This document shows positions 17,734 through 25,110 of a stretch of DNA of 25,110 bases, in pieces (positions within the stretch are counted from its first letter, which is position 1; every line of letters starts with the position of its first letter). The notes under the pieces were generated by a model. That model had not been told where the DNA came from and did no database searches. It was given only the letters and a program-made list of their open reading frames with translations. The DNA comes from a virus (lineage: Duplodnaviria; Caudoviricetes), in the IMG/VR virus record IMGVR_UViG_3300029919_000026, positions 1 to 25,110 of that record. One strand, 5' to 3'. Both the position numbers and the translations under genes were made by a program.

Positions 17734-18345
17734 ATGATGGGATCGAAAATTGAGCTGTCCATCAAGCAATTGCTTATCAAAGGCGACTTGGTCATCAACT
17801 TCCCGGCTCGTTCCGCGGAGATAATCGAGGCACACATCGGTCAAGCGGCCGAGTTTGCGATGCCACTGAGCCGCACTCCGTTTCCTGGAGAACTTTGGCC
17901 GGGCCAAGGTGGCAGAAATGCCGGGCTGATCGTTCCCGGCGACGGCTCCAGGCCGTATTACGTGATCGCGGCAGAGCATCCCGATGGCCAGATCGCAGAA
18001 ATTGTGTGGGGCGGTTACGGCAAAGACGAACCCGGAGCAAAAAGTCACTGGGACGGTATGGCCAACACGAAAGCGCTGGTTGAGTCGGAATACGATCATC
18101 CGGCAGCAGAATGGGCCTACGGCCTCAATATCGACGGGTATAGCGACTTCTACCTCCCGGCACGGCGGGAGCTGGCGCTGGTCGAAATCAACCTGGCCGC
18201 TCGACTCCCGAAGGGCTGGCACCACACCAGTACGCAGTACGGCCCTAGCTACGCATACGTACAGTACTTCGATGATGGCAGCACTTACAGCATCAACAAG
18301 GACTGCGAGGTGCGCGCGCTGGCCGTCCGCAGATTGTTTATTTAG
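17734..18345 (+). CDS. DGR target protein 2 (DUF1566/CLec-like), paralogue of target 1
   Basis: 3' end carries VR2; DGMANTKAL..GYSDFYLPARREL..STQYG..VRALAVRR. Confidence 0.9.
   Translation: MMGSKIELSIKQLLIKGDLVINFPARSAEIIEAHIGQAAEFAMPLSRTPFPGELWPGQGGRNAGLIVPGDGSRPYYVIAAEHPDGQIAEIVWGGYGKDEPGAKSHWDGMANTKALVESEYDHPAAEWAYGLNIDGYSDFYLPARRELALVEINLAARLPKGWHHTSTQYGPSYAYVQYFDDGSTYSINKDCEVRALAVRRLFI
18232..18335 (+). repeat. DGR variable repeat VR2
   Basis: 104 nt vs TR: 10 mismatches, all at TR adenines (5 A>G, 5 A>T). Confidence 0.97.
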
Positions 18346-18361
18346 TCATTCAACCATTTAA

Positions 18362-18379
18362 GCGCGGGCTTGCCCGCGC
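18362..18379 (+). other. Post-VR2 hairpin
   Basis: GCGCGGG-CTTG-CCCGCGC preceded by ATTTAA. Confidence 0.7.
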
Positions 18380-18390
18380 GGGTTTTTCTC

Positions 18391-18747
18391 ATGGCACTCC
18401 ATTCCAGCCTACCGATTTACAAGGACGTTTACGCGCTGACGATGCTCGTTGCTAATCTCGTCAGTAATATCCCTCGCAAGCACAAACGCCGGGGCGACAA
18501 GCTTGATGACGAATGCTCAGAGTTAATGACCCTGGTCTTTCGCGCCAATGTCGCGCGCAACAAAGTGCCCTATCTGAGCGATCTGGTTGAGCGCGTTGAA
18601 TCGCTGAACTTCATGTTCAGGCTTTGCTGTGATCTAAAAATTATCAGCGAGCGGCAGTACGCCCAGGGCGTCGCGCTTCTCGGCGGTATTGGGCGGCAGG
18701 CCAACGGCTGGAAAAGGAAGTATGAGTCCGCATCGCCAGCTGCATGA
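18391..18747 (+). CDS. avd: DGR accessory variability determinant (four-helix-bundle protein)
   Basis: 118 aa basic helical protein, LPIYKDVY..IPRKHK..RLCCDLKIIS..IGRQANGWKR, located between the targets and the TR. Confidence 0.85.
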   Translation: MALHSSLPIYKDVYALTMLVANLVSNIPRKHKRRGDKLDDECSELMTLVFRANVARNKVPYLSDLVERVESLNFMFRLCCDLKIISERQYAQGVALLGGIGRQANGWKRKYESASPAA

Positions 18748-18913
18748 CCGTCAAGGCCGTCATGCCAGTGCGATTTGAATCTGGTCGTGCCGCTGACCCA
18801 CAAGGTCACCGATATGCGCTCTAGGGGTACCGCCGGTAAAGCCGGGCTGGCCTGGCGCAGTTTCCCCGCCGTTCGCTTCGGCATCGACAGGGCGACGTAG
18901 CAAGCACGAATTG

Positions 18914-19017
18914 ACGCAGTACAGCCCTAACAACGCATACGAACAGAACTTCGATGATGGCAACACTAACAACATCAACAAGGACAACGAGGTGCGCGCG
19001 CTGGCCGTCCGCAGATT
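18914..19017 (+). repeat. DGR template repeat (TR)
   Basis: AAC-rich (8 AAC codons, 33 A in the first 99 nt), between avd and RT; matches VR1 and VR2 almost everywhere except at its adenines. Confidence 0.97.
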
Positions 19018-19022
19018 CATCA

Positions 19023-20108
19023 ATGCCAGCTTTTTCGGATCTGGTCGAGGATTATTTCGATTGCCGTCGCGCGAAGCGCAACAGCAAATCCGCACTGGCC
19101 TTCGAGATCGATCTCGAACAGAACCTGCTGGAGCTTTACGACGAACTGATCGAGGGCCGCTATCATCCGGGCCGCTCGATCTGTTTCGTCATTACCCGGC
19201 CAAAGCCCAGAGAGGTTTGGGCGGCAGAATTCCGGGATCGAATCGTGCACCACCTACTTTACAACCGTGTTTCCGATCGCTTTCACCGCGGATTCATTGC
19301 GGATTCCTGCGCCTGTATCCCCGGGCGCGGGACGCTATATGCAGCAGAAAGGCTTGAGCATCACGTCAGGTCAATAACGCAGAACTGGAGCCGTCCAGCC
19401 TGGTATATCAAGATGGATTTGTCGAATTTCTTTGTATCGATCGACAAGCACCAGGTGCGCGCGCAATTGGCGAAACGTATCCACGAACCGTGGTGGATGG
19501 CCCTGGCCGACCTGATTCTGTTTCACGACCCGCGTACTGATTTCGAGATGCGCGGCGATCCGGCGCTGATTGATCGCGTACCGGCACACAAGCGGCTGGT
19601 CAACGCTGATGAGCATCACGGTCTGCCAATCGGCAACCTCAGCAGCCAGTTCTTCGCCAACGTGCTACTGGACTCGCTCGACCAGCACATCAAGCACCGC
19701 GTCGGCGCTCGGTATTATTGCCGATATGTGGATGATTTCGTGCTGCTGCATGAGGACGCGAGCTGGCTCACGGCGGCGCGGGCGCAGATCGAAACGAAAC
19801 TGGCCGAGCTCGGGCTGCAGCTCAACCCGAGGAAAACTTTCATTCAGCCGGTGGCGCGCGGCATCGATATGGTCGGCCAGGTCATCAAGCCTTGGTCACG
19901 TACCACACGGCGCCGGACGTACCGCCAGGCGATACGACGAGTGGTCGACATCGATGAGGGCGATCTATTCGAAACAGCCAATAGTTATTTCGGATTGCTT
20001 GGCCAAGCCACCAGCAGCCATCACGACCGCTGCCGACTGGCGAACGCACTGCGACGGCGCGGTCAGTCGATAAGCATGGACATCAGAAAGACCTACCGAA
20101 AACCATAG
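19023..20108 (+). CDS. DGR reverse transcriptase
   Basis: 361 aa; KPREVWAAEFRDRIVHH, KMDLSNFFVSI, GLPIGNLSSQFFAN (DGR-type IGxxxSQ), RYVDDF; no visible frameshift; start taken at ATG 19023. Confidence 0.95.
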   Translation: MPAFSDLVEDYFDCRRAKRNSKSALAFEIDLEQNLLELYDELIEGRYHPGRSICFVITRPKPREVWAAEFRDRIVHHLLYNRVSDRFHRGFIADSCACIPGRGTLYAAERLEHHVRSITQNWSRPAWYIKMDLSNFFVSIDKHQVRAQLAKRIHEPWWMALADLILFHDPRTDFEMRGDPALIDRVPAHKRLVNADEHHGLPIGNLSSQFFANVLLDSLDQHIKHRVGARYYCRYVDDFVLLHEDASWLTAARAQIETKLAELGLQLNPRKTFIQPVARGIDMVGQVIKPWSRTTRRRTYRQAIRRVVDIDEGDLFETANSYFGLLGQATSSHHDRCRLANALRRRGQSISMDIRKTYRKP

Positions 20109-20145
20109 CCCGCTACATGCGGGCATTTTAATGCCTGGAGATCCG

Positions 20146-22068
20146 ATGATAAGAGATCAATTCTCGCTCTGCGTCGACAACGAAATCATTGTTGATTTGT
20201 TTGCTGGCGGCGGGGGCATGTCCGGGGCAATCGAGCGAGCACTCGGGCGTCACGTTGATATTGCCATCAACCACGACGCAGACGCCATCAGTATGCACAT
20301 GGCAAATCACCCGCAAACTGAGCACTACTGCGCAGACGTATTCGAAGTCGACCCGAGAGAAGCGACCAAAGGCCGCTCTGTCGGCCATCTGCACGGCAGT
20401 CCGGATTGCACACACCACAGCCAAGCCGCTGGCGGTCAGCCGCGCAGCAAGAAAATACGGGGGTTGGGGTGGGTTCTTCCTCGATGGGCAGGTCAAGTCT
20501 TGCCGCGCAGTATCAGCATGGAAAACGTCAAGCAAATGCAGCAATGGGGGCCACTGATCGCCAAGCGCGACAAGGCCACCGGCAGAGTCATCAAGCTGGA
20601 CAAGACAGTCGCCGCTCCCGGCGAGCGCGTACCAGTGCAAGAGCAATACCTGGTCCCTGATCCAAAGCATGTTGGCCGCACCTGGCGGCGGTTCATTCGC
20701 ACGTTCGAACAAATGGGGTATCAGGTCGAATGGCGCATTCTCTGCGCGGCGGACTATGGCGCGGCAACGACGCGAGAACGGTTATTCCTGTTCGCTCGAC
20801 GTGACGGCACGCCGATTGTCTGGCCGGAGCCGACGTACTTCAAAAACCCGAAGCGCGGACAGAAGGCGTGGATACCGGCGGCTGACCACATTGACTGGTC
20901 TATTCCGTGCCCGTCTATTTTCTCTCGCAAGAAATCGCTGGCAGACGCCACCATGCGCCGGATCGCCAAGGGGATGAAAAAGTTCGTTCTCGACTCCGCC
21001 GAGCCGTTCATCGTGCCAATTGCTAACTGGTCAGGAGAAACCGTTCAGTCAGCAGCAGAGCCGCTGCGCACAATCACGGCATGGCCGAAGGGTGGCAGTT
21101 TTGCGGTGGCCGCGCCAACGATGGTTCAAGCTGGCCATGGCGACGGTAAGCCTGGCGGCGTAAAGCGCTGGGGCAGCGGCGCTAAATCAGCAACGGACCC
21201 ACTCGGCACCGTAACCGCATCGGGAAGCGGCGGCCAAGCGCTGGCATCTGCAATCCTTGTTGGTGCTGGCGGACCGAGTTATAGCGGCAAGCCTGCCAGC
21301 GTTGGCGCGCCACTCGGCACGATCTTGAAAGAAAACCATCGGAATGTCGCCACGGCCTACCTGATGCAAGCCAATGGCGGGTTCAACACCACGCCAGGCC
21401 ACGACCTGCGCGAACCGTCCAGCACCATCACCAACACCGGCAGCCAGCAGCAGTTGATCGCGGCCACGCTGGCCCATCTACGCGGCAACTGCGATGCCCG
21501 TGATGTAGCAGATCCGCTCATGACGATCAGTGCCGGCGGCGAGCATCACGGCTTGATCGCTGCGCACCTGCAGCGCCAGTTCGGAAACTCGGTCGGCCAG
21601 CCGGTAGATGATCCAGTCGGCGCAATCATGGCAGGCGGTGGCGGCAAGACTGCATTGGTTGAATATCAGCTGAGCCGTGAACATGAAGCCGGTGCCCTCC
21701 GCTGTGCGGCATTCCTGATCAGCTACTACGGCACCGACAACGTCAGCGGTATGACTGACCCGATGCCTACAGCAACGACCCGGGACCGCCTGGCGCTGGT
21801 TACTGTCTGGCTCAAGGGCGAGCCGTGGGTAATTGTTGATATCGGCCTGCGCATGCTGGCCCCGCCAGAACTGTACGGGTGCCAAGGCTTTGCCCCTGAC
21901 TACATCATTGATCGCGGACACGATGGGCGGGTGTTCTCAAAATCAGCGCAGGTCAGGATGGTAGGAAATTCCGTCAGCCCACCTCCAGCTATCGCACTCA
22001 TGCGAGCTAATTGCATGGATCTGGCGACATGGACATGGAAAGAAATGCGAGAACTGGAGGCCGCATGA
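20146..22068 (+). CDS. Phage C5 DNA cytosine methyltransferase (large)
   Basis: DLFAGGGG (motif I), SPDC (IV), ENV (VI), RERLF (VIII), VGNSVSPP (X); GGAG RBS. Confidence 0.92.
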   Translation: MIRDQFSLCVDNEIIVDLFAGGGGMSGAIERALGRHVDIAINHDADAISMHMANHPQTEHYCADVFEVDPREATKGRSVGHLHGSPDCTHHSQAAGGQPRSKKIRGLGWVLPRWAGQVLPRSISMENVKQMQQWGPLIAKRDKATGRVIKLDKTVAAPGERVPVQEQYLVPDPKHVGRTWRRFIRTFEQMGYQVEWRILCAADYGAATTRERLFLFARRDGTPIVWPEPTYFKNPKRGQKAWIPAADHIDWSIPCPSIFSRKKSLADATMRRIAKGMKKFVLDSAEPFIVPIANWSGETVQSAAEPLRTITAWPKGGSFAVAAPTMVQAGHGDGKPGGVKRWGSGAKSATDPLGTVTASGSGGQALASAILVGAGGPSYSGKPASVGAPLGTILKENHRNVATAYLMQANGGFNTTPGHDLREPSSTITNTGSQQQLIAATLAHLRGNCDARDVADPLMTISAGGEHHGLIAAHLQRQFGNSVGQPVDDPVGAIMAGGGGKTALVEYQLSREHEAGALRCAAFLISYYGTDNVSGMTDPMPTATTRDRLALVTVWLKGEPWVIVDIGLRMLAPPELYGCQGFAPDYIIDRGHDGRVFSKSAQVRMVGNSVSPPPAIALMRANCMDLATWTWKEMRELEAA

Positions 22069-22212
22069 CAACCACCCTCACCCACCAAGCCCGGGTCTAT
22101 CTCGCTCAGGCCCGGGCAACTCGATGGCTGTGCCGAGCATGCGCTGGATCGGCGCGCGCATCGATGCGGTTGACAAACTTTGACGCCGCCCAGGCGGCTT
22201 TTCATGGGAGTG

Positions 22213-22617
22213 ATGATGAACCGAGATGAGCGCCGACGAGCGCAAAAAACACAGCACGCGTATGTTGCCGCCTTCCCTGCCGATCTTACGCCAGTTCCGC
22301 GCGATCAATGGCCCCAGTACAAAGGGATTAACGCCCCGTTCGAGGTGTGGCGCAGTCGAAATTATCTGGTGCAGGCGTTCAATGAGGCGGCCGGCACCGT
22401 CCGGCTGTCCGTATGCCGCACAAAACTTGATGGCAACCGCTGGCAAGACGGTATCGCGTGGGAAGAGCTGCAGGAAATCAAAGCCGACGTTGGCTATGCG
22501 GATTTCGACGCGGTTGAGGTTTTCCCGCGCCAAAGCGACGTGGTGAACGTGGCAAACATGCGGCATTTGTGGGTTATGCCAGACCCAGTGCCGTTCGCAT
22601 GGAGAAAATCGCAATGA
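22213..22617 (+). CDS. Conserved phage hypothetical protein
   Basis: WEELQEIK..AVEVFP..VVNVANMRHLW motif; ATGA overlap with the next gene. Confidence 0.7.
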   Translation: MMNRDERRRAQKTQHAYVAAFPADLTPVPRDQWPQYKGINAPFEVWRSRNYLVQAFNEAAGTVRLSVCRTKLDGNRWQDGIAWEELQEIKADVGYADFDAVEVFPRQSDVVNVANMRHLWVMPDPVPFAWRKSQ

Positions 22618-23123
22618 CAAACCTAGACGAGCTGGAGCGGCTGGCGAAGGCGGCAACGCCGGGGCCGTGGCGAAAAATTGAATGTGCTTATGCATGCTAT
22701 GAGATCGGGCATGATCACAGTGGCGCGGGAACTGTAGAGGTTACTGCCACAACCATTGTAAGGCGTAACGCCGCTTTCATCGCCGCATTCAACCCAGCCT
22801 CCGTGCTGGAACTGATCCGGCGTGCGCGCGAAGGCGAGAGCTACAAGCGCATGTTCGAAGCCGCTTGCTCTGATCTTGGTCTCATCAACGAACATCTTGG
22901 GCTAGATCCGAATGACGGCGGGTGCGACCCAATCATTGGCGCCATCGAGAATCTTGAGGGGCAGCGCGATGGCCTGCTGGCGGCGCTATCTGACATTAAA
23001 CATCGATCCGAGATGATGCGCATTTGGACCGGCCAGGAGTGGAAATACCACCCATTCCATGCGTCGGTAATTCACAAATTCGCGGAAGATGCCATCGCCA
23101 AACACAAGGATCAGTCAACATGA
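22614..23123 (+). CDS. Ead/Ea22-like protein
   Basis: MTNLDELERLAKAATPGPW..NAAFIAAFNPASVLELI. Confidence 0.8.
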   Translation: MTNLDELERLAKAATPGPWRKIECAYACYEIGHDHSGAGTVEVTATTIVRRNAAFIAAFNPASVLELIRRAREGESYKRMFEAACSDLGLINEHLGLDPNDGGCDPIIGAIENLEGQRDGLLAALSDIKHRSEMMRIWTGQEWKYHPFHASVIHKFAEDAIAKHKDQST

Positions 23124-23404
23124 TCCTGATCTGCACCGCATGCGGCAAGCCTCACGCCGATGTTTACAAAATGATCATGGTCACGCCCGGCATCAACCTG
23201 TGTGACGAGTGCATCAATCTGTGCGTCCATATCCTACATGACGACATTGACGGATCTGGGCTGGTCACTGTCACAACAGGCGAGCTTGCCAAGCTGCAGC
23301 AGGACGCGCTTGAACTGAGCTTGGCTCGGACATGGATTGGGGCCGTGCGCAACTCCATGGATAGAGCAGATGAAGTCATCACAAAAAACCGGGAGCCGTC
23401 ATGA
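23120..23404 (+). CDS. ClpX C4-type zinc-finger domain protein
   Basis: CTACGK..KMI..PGINLCDECINLCVHIL. Confidence 0.75.
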   Translation: MILICTACGKPHADVYKMIMVTPGINLCDECINLCVHILHDDIDGSGLVTVTTGELAKLQQDALELSLARTWIGAVRNSMDRADEVITKNREPS

Positions 23405-23495
23405 GCACTTATATCAAGCAGGTAGCGGAGGCGGCATGGGCGCATGAGTCAGACTGCGGGCGTATCGTTGAACAAATCGAAAAGGAGCGGGAGTT

Positions 23496-23885
23496 ATGAT
23501 CAAGCCGAGAAGTCACATCTTGCACGAAGGTTGGGACGGCATGGACTCTGGCGCGCCAACACCCCCAAAAACACGCAGTCAGGCGATAGAGGCGGCGGCG
23601 CGCGATTTAATGTGTGCGGTTGAATTTTCTCCGTCGTGCCAAAAAATGAGGATTGAACGATGTGCTTGCGTAGATTGCGCCTCTAGTCGCGCCCGCGCCG
23701 CACTGGCTATGCCGGAAGCAGTGGACGCGCCTGTCTGGAAAGATCATCAGACCGCTGAACTGGTCAATCAATTGCGCGACGTGGCAATCAAATACCACGC
23801 GGCTGGCCAGCTTCGCGCACAGATTCAGAACGTCATTCTTCCGGTGATTGAGCGCCTGAATGCTGCGCCGGAGCTCAAGCCATGA
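23496..23885 (+). CDS. Hypothetical phage protein
   Basis: GGAG RBS; C-terminal ELVNQLRDVAIKYHAAGQLRAQI. Confidence 0.6.
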   Translation: MIKPRSHILHEGWDGMDSGAPTPPKTRSQAIEAAARDLMCAVEFSPSCQKMRIERCACVDCASSRARAALAMPEAVDAPVWKDHQTAELVNQLRDVAIKYHAAGQLRAQIQNVILPVIERLNAAPELKP

Positions 23886-24076
23886 ACATCATCCAAATCG
23901 TTGAGCAGCATTTGACGTCGAACGGCTTTGATGGGCTGTGTGGCGATGAGTGCGGTTGCAAGATAGGAGATATTGCACCATGCGGCCATTTGTTGACTGA
24001 TTGCTTTCCTGGTTATGAGGTTCCCGTCCCGGAAGGTGATGATTATTCTTTTTTCATGAGCATCCACAAGCCATGA
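23882..24076 (+). CDS. Small Cys-rich hypothetical protein
   Basis: GFDGLCGDECGC..APCG..CFPGY; ATGA overlaps on both sides. Confidence 0.6.
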   Translation: MNIIQIVEQHLTSNGFDGLCGDECGCKIGDIAPCGHLLTDCFPGYEVPVPEGDDYSFFMSIHKP

Positions 24077-24585
24077 GCCGCAAGCAATGCAAGCGCAAGC
24101 ACTACGCCACAGGCAGTGCCGGGGTCAGCATCATCCATCAAACGATCTTCAAGGCGAGCACTGCCGATGTCGCCACCAACGAACAGACCGACATCCTGCT
24201 ACCGGCATATATGGCGCTAGACAATCTGCGCGCCGGGATGCTCGACTCGACGCGATTTATCGTGCTAAACGAGTCGAACTGTATGACGTGGCAACTCGGC
24301 CGGCAATTGGCAATTCACCGCGGCAGCGCCGAAACCGGCGATCTTGCGCTGATGGTCAAACAGCGCACCGAGGCGGCAGCCGAAGCGCTGGCGGTAATCG
24401 GGGAGCGCTGGCGCGAACGCGGGACTTTCACCGCGCTCGCCGCCGAGCTTGAAGCCATCCGTCAGTCGGTTGATCTGTGTCGGCAACTCTTAGCGGTAAT
24501 GCCCAAGGGGATGGCGCTCACGGCGATGATCGACGCAGAGGCGATGACCATGGCATCGATGGCGCAGGCGCGCAAGTGCGCATGA
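24073..24585 (+). CDS. Hypothetical phage protein
   Basis: 170 aa coupled ORF beginning MSRKQCKRKHY. Confidence 0.65.
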   Translation: MSRKQCKRKHYATGSAGVSIIHQTIFKASTADVATNEQTDILLPAYMALDNLRAGMLDSTRFIVLNESNCMTWQLGRQLAIHRGSAETGDLALMVKQRTEAAAEALAVIGERWRERGTFTALAAELEAIRQSVDLCRQLLAVMPKGMALTAMIDAEAMTMASMAQARKCA

Positions 24586-24655
24586 GTCGATTGGCGGCGC
24601 TGCCGCAAGATCAATAATAGGCCGCTGATGCGGCTCAAATTTTTTGGAGAATCCG

Positions 24656-24883
24656 ATGGCTGATCAAGTAGCCGCCATAGCCCCGCTGTTTTTGACAAAA
24701 GAAGAGATCGCAATACTAACGGGGCGTAAGCTTAAGGCCCTCCAGATTGAGGCGCTAAAGTCCATGGCAGTACCATTTCGGGTTAATGCCGCGGGGCACC
24801 CTATCGTGGCTCGCTCGGCCATCGACGGACAATCAAAACGCGAAATCACTACCGCCGCAAAGTGGCAACCCGCAGCCAGGTAA
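24656..24883 (+). CDS. DUF4224 putative excisionase
   Basis: FLTKEEIAILTGRK..QIEALKSMAVPFRVNAAGHPIV immediately upstream of the integrase. Confidence 0.8.
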   Translation: MADQVAAIAPLFLTKEEIAILTGRKLKALQIEALKSMAVPFRVNAAGHPIVARSAIDGQSKREITTAAKWQPAAR

Positions 24884-24889
24884 TTCATC

Positions 24890-25110
24890 ATGGGCAGAAA
24901 GCCAACCGTAAATTTCAACCTCCCAAAGGGTATGCGCGCTCGCCCGCAGCGGAGTGGGAAGGTTTTCTATTACTACGATGCAGGCGGGAAGCCTCGCAAG
25001 GAAATCCCCCTCGGTTCCGATTACCCGCTTGCGGTAAAGAAATGGTCTGAGCTTGAAGTGGCCAAGGTTCCTGTTGCGGCGCGCCCAACATTCAAGGATG
25101 CAGCAGACCG
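24890..25110 (+). CDS. int: Tyrosine integrase, N-terminal part (truncated by the window)
   Basis: Manual translation MGRKPTVNFNLPKGMRARPQRSGKVFYYYDAGGKPRKEIPLGSDYPLAVKKWSELE, an arm-binding-type N-terminus after xis; catalytic domain not visible. Confidence 0.75.
   Translation, partial: MGRKPTVNFNLPKGMRARPQRSGKVFYYYDAGGKPRKEIPLGSDYPLAVKKWSELEVAKVPVAARPTFKDAAD

Larger units (their letters stand above)
17069..20108 (+). mobile_element. Diversity-generating retroelement cassette (target1-target2-avd-TR-RT)
   Basis: All components co-oriented; adenine-specific TR/VR differences. Confidence 0.95.

Noticed and set aside
17561-19017. Three ~100-nt repeats considered as CRISPR or a simple duplication
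   Set aside because: There is no repeat-spacer periodicity and no cas genes; the adenine-specific mismatches and adjacent avd/RT identify a DGR.
18954-19022. N-terminal extension of the RT ORF given in the track
   Set aside because: It overlaps the TR and is low-complexity; RT-like sequence begins at ATG 19023.
18911-19357. 148-aa ORF starting at the TR (MTQYSPNNAYEQNF..)
   Set aside because: It is the TR read in the VR frame running into an alternate frame of the RT. It has a TTG start without RBS, and TRs are typically open in this frame.
19023-20108. RT as a retron, group II intron or Abi RT
   Set aside because: It has IGxxxSQ instead of the QG motif, no retron VTG motif, and no maturase or endonuclease domain, and it sits in TR/VR context.
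11422-24918. Many minus-strand ORFs across the pL operon
   Set aside because: They are antisense shadows of well-supported, translationally coupled plus-strand genes in GC-rich DNA.

Overview
The window is the early and regulatory half of a lambdoid-type temperate prophage. A Betaproteobacterial host is suggested by protein style only and is not proven. The minus-strand arm carries cro, a cII-position RHH gene, a Rha/antirepressor, a replication initiator with internal iterons, a DnaC-like loader, nin-type genes, rusA, a Q-position regulator and tRNA-Thr(UGU). The immunity region has three XRE repressors, an ORF6N protein and a ParD/ParE-like toxin-antitoxin pair. The plus-strand pL operon has a ~1 kb structured leader, ERF, ssb, ExoX-like exonuclease, rdgC, a C5 methyltransferase, Ead/Ea22-like genes, a DUF4224 excisionase and the start of an integrase. 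The highlight is a complete, apparently intact diversity-generating retroelement (DGR) inside the early operon. It has two tandem DUF1566/C-type-lectin-like target genes whose 3' variable repeats differ from one template repeat (TR, 18914-19017) almost only at TR adenines, followed by avd, the TR and a reverse transcriptase. A third, distal paralogous target (10955-11428) has the same downstream hairpin and an NNC-rich VR that does not fit the local TR, pointing to a second or former template. The targets look like small non-structural early proteins rather than tail fibres.
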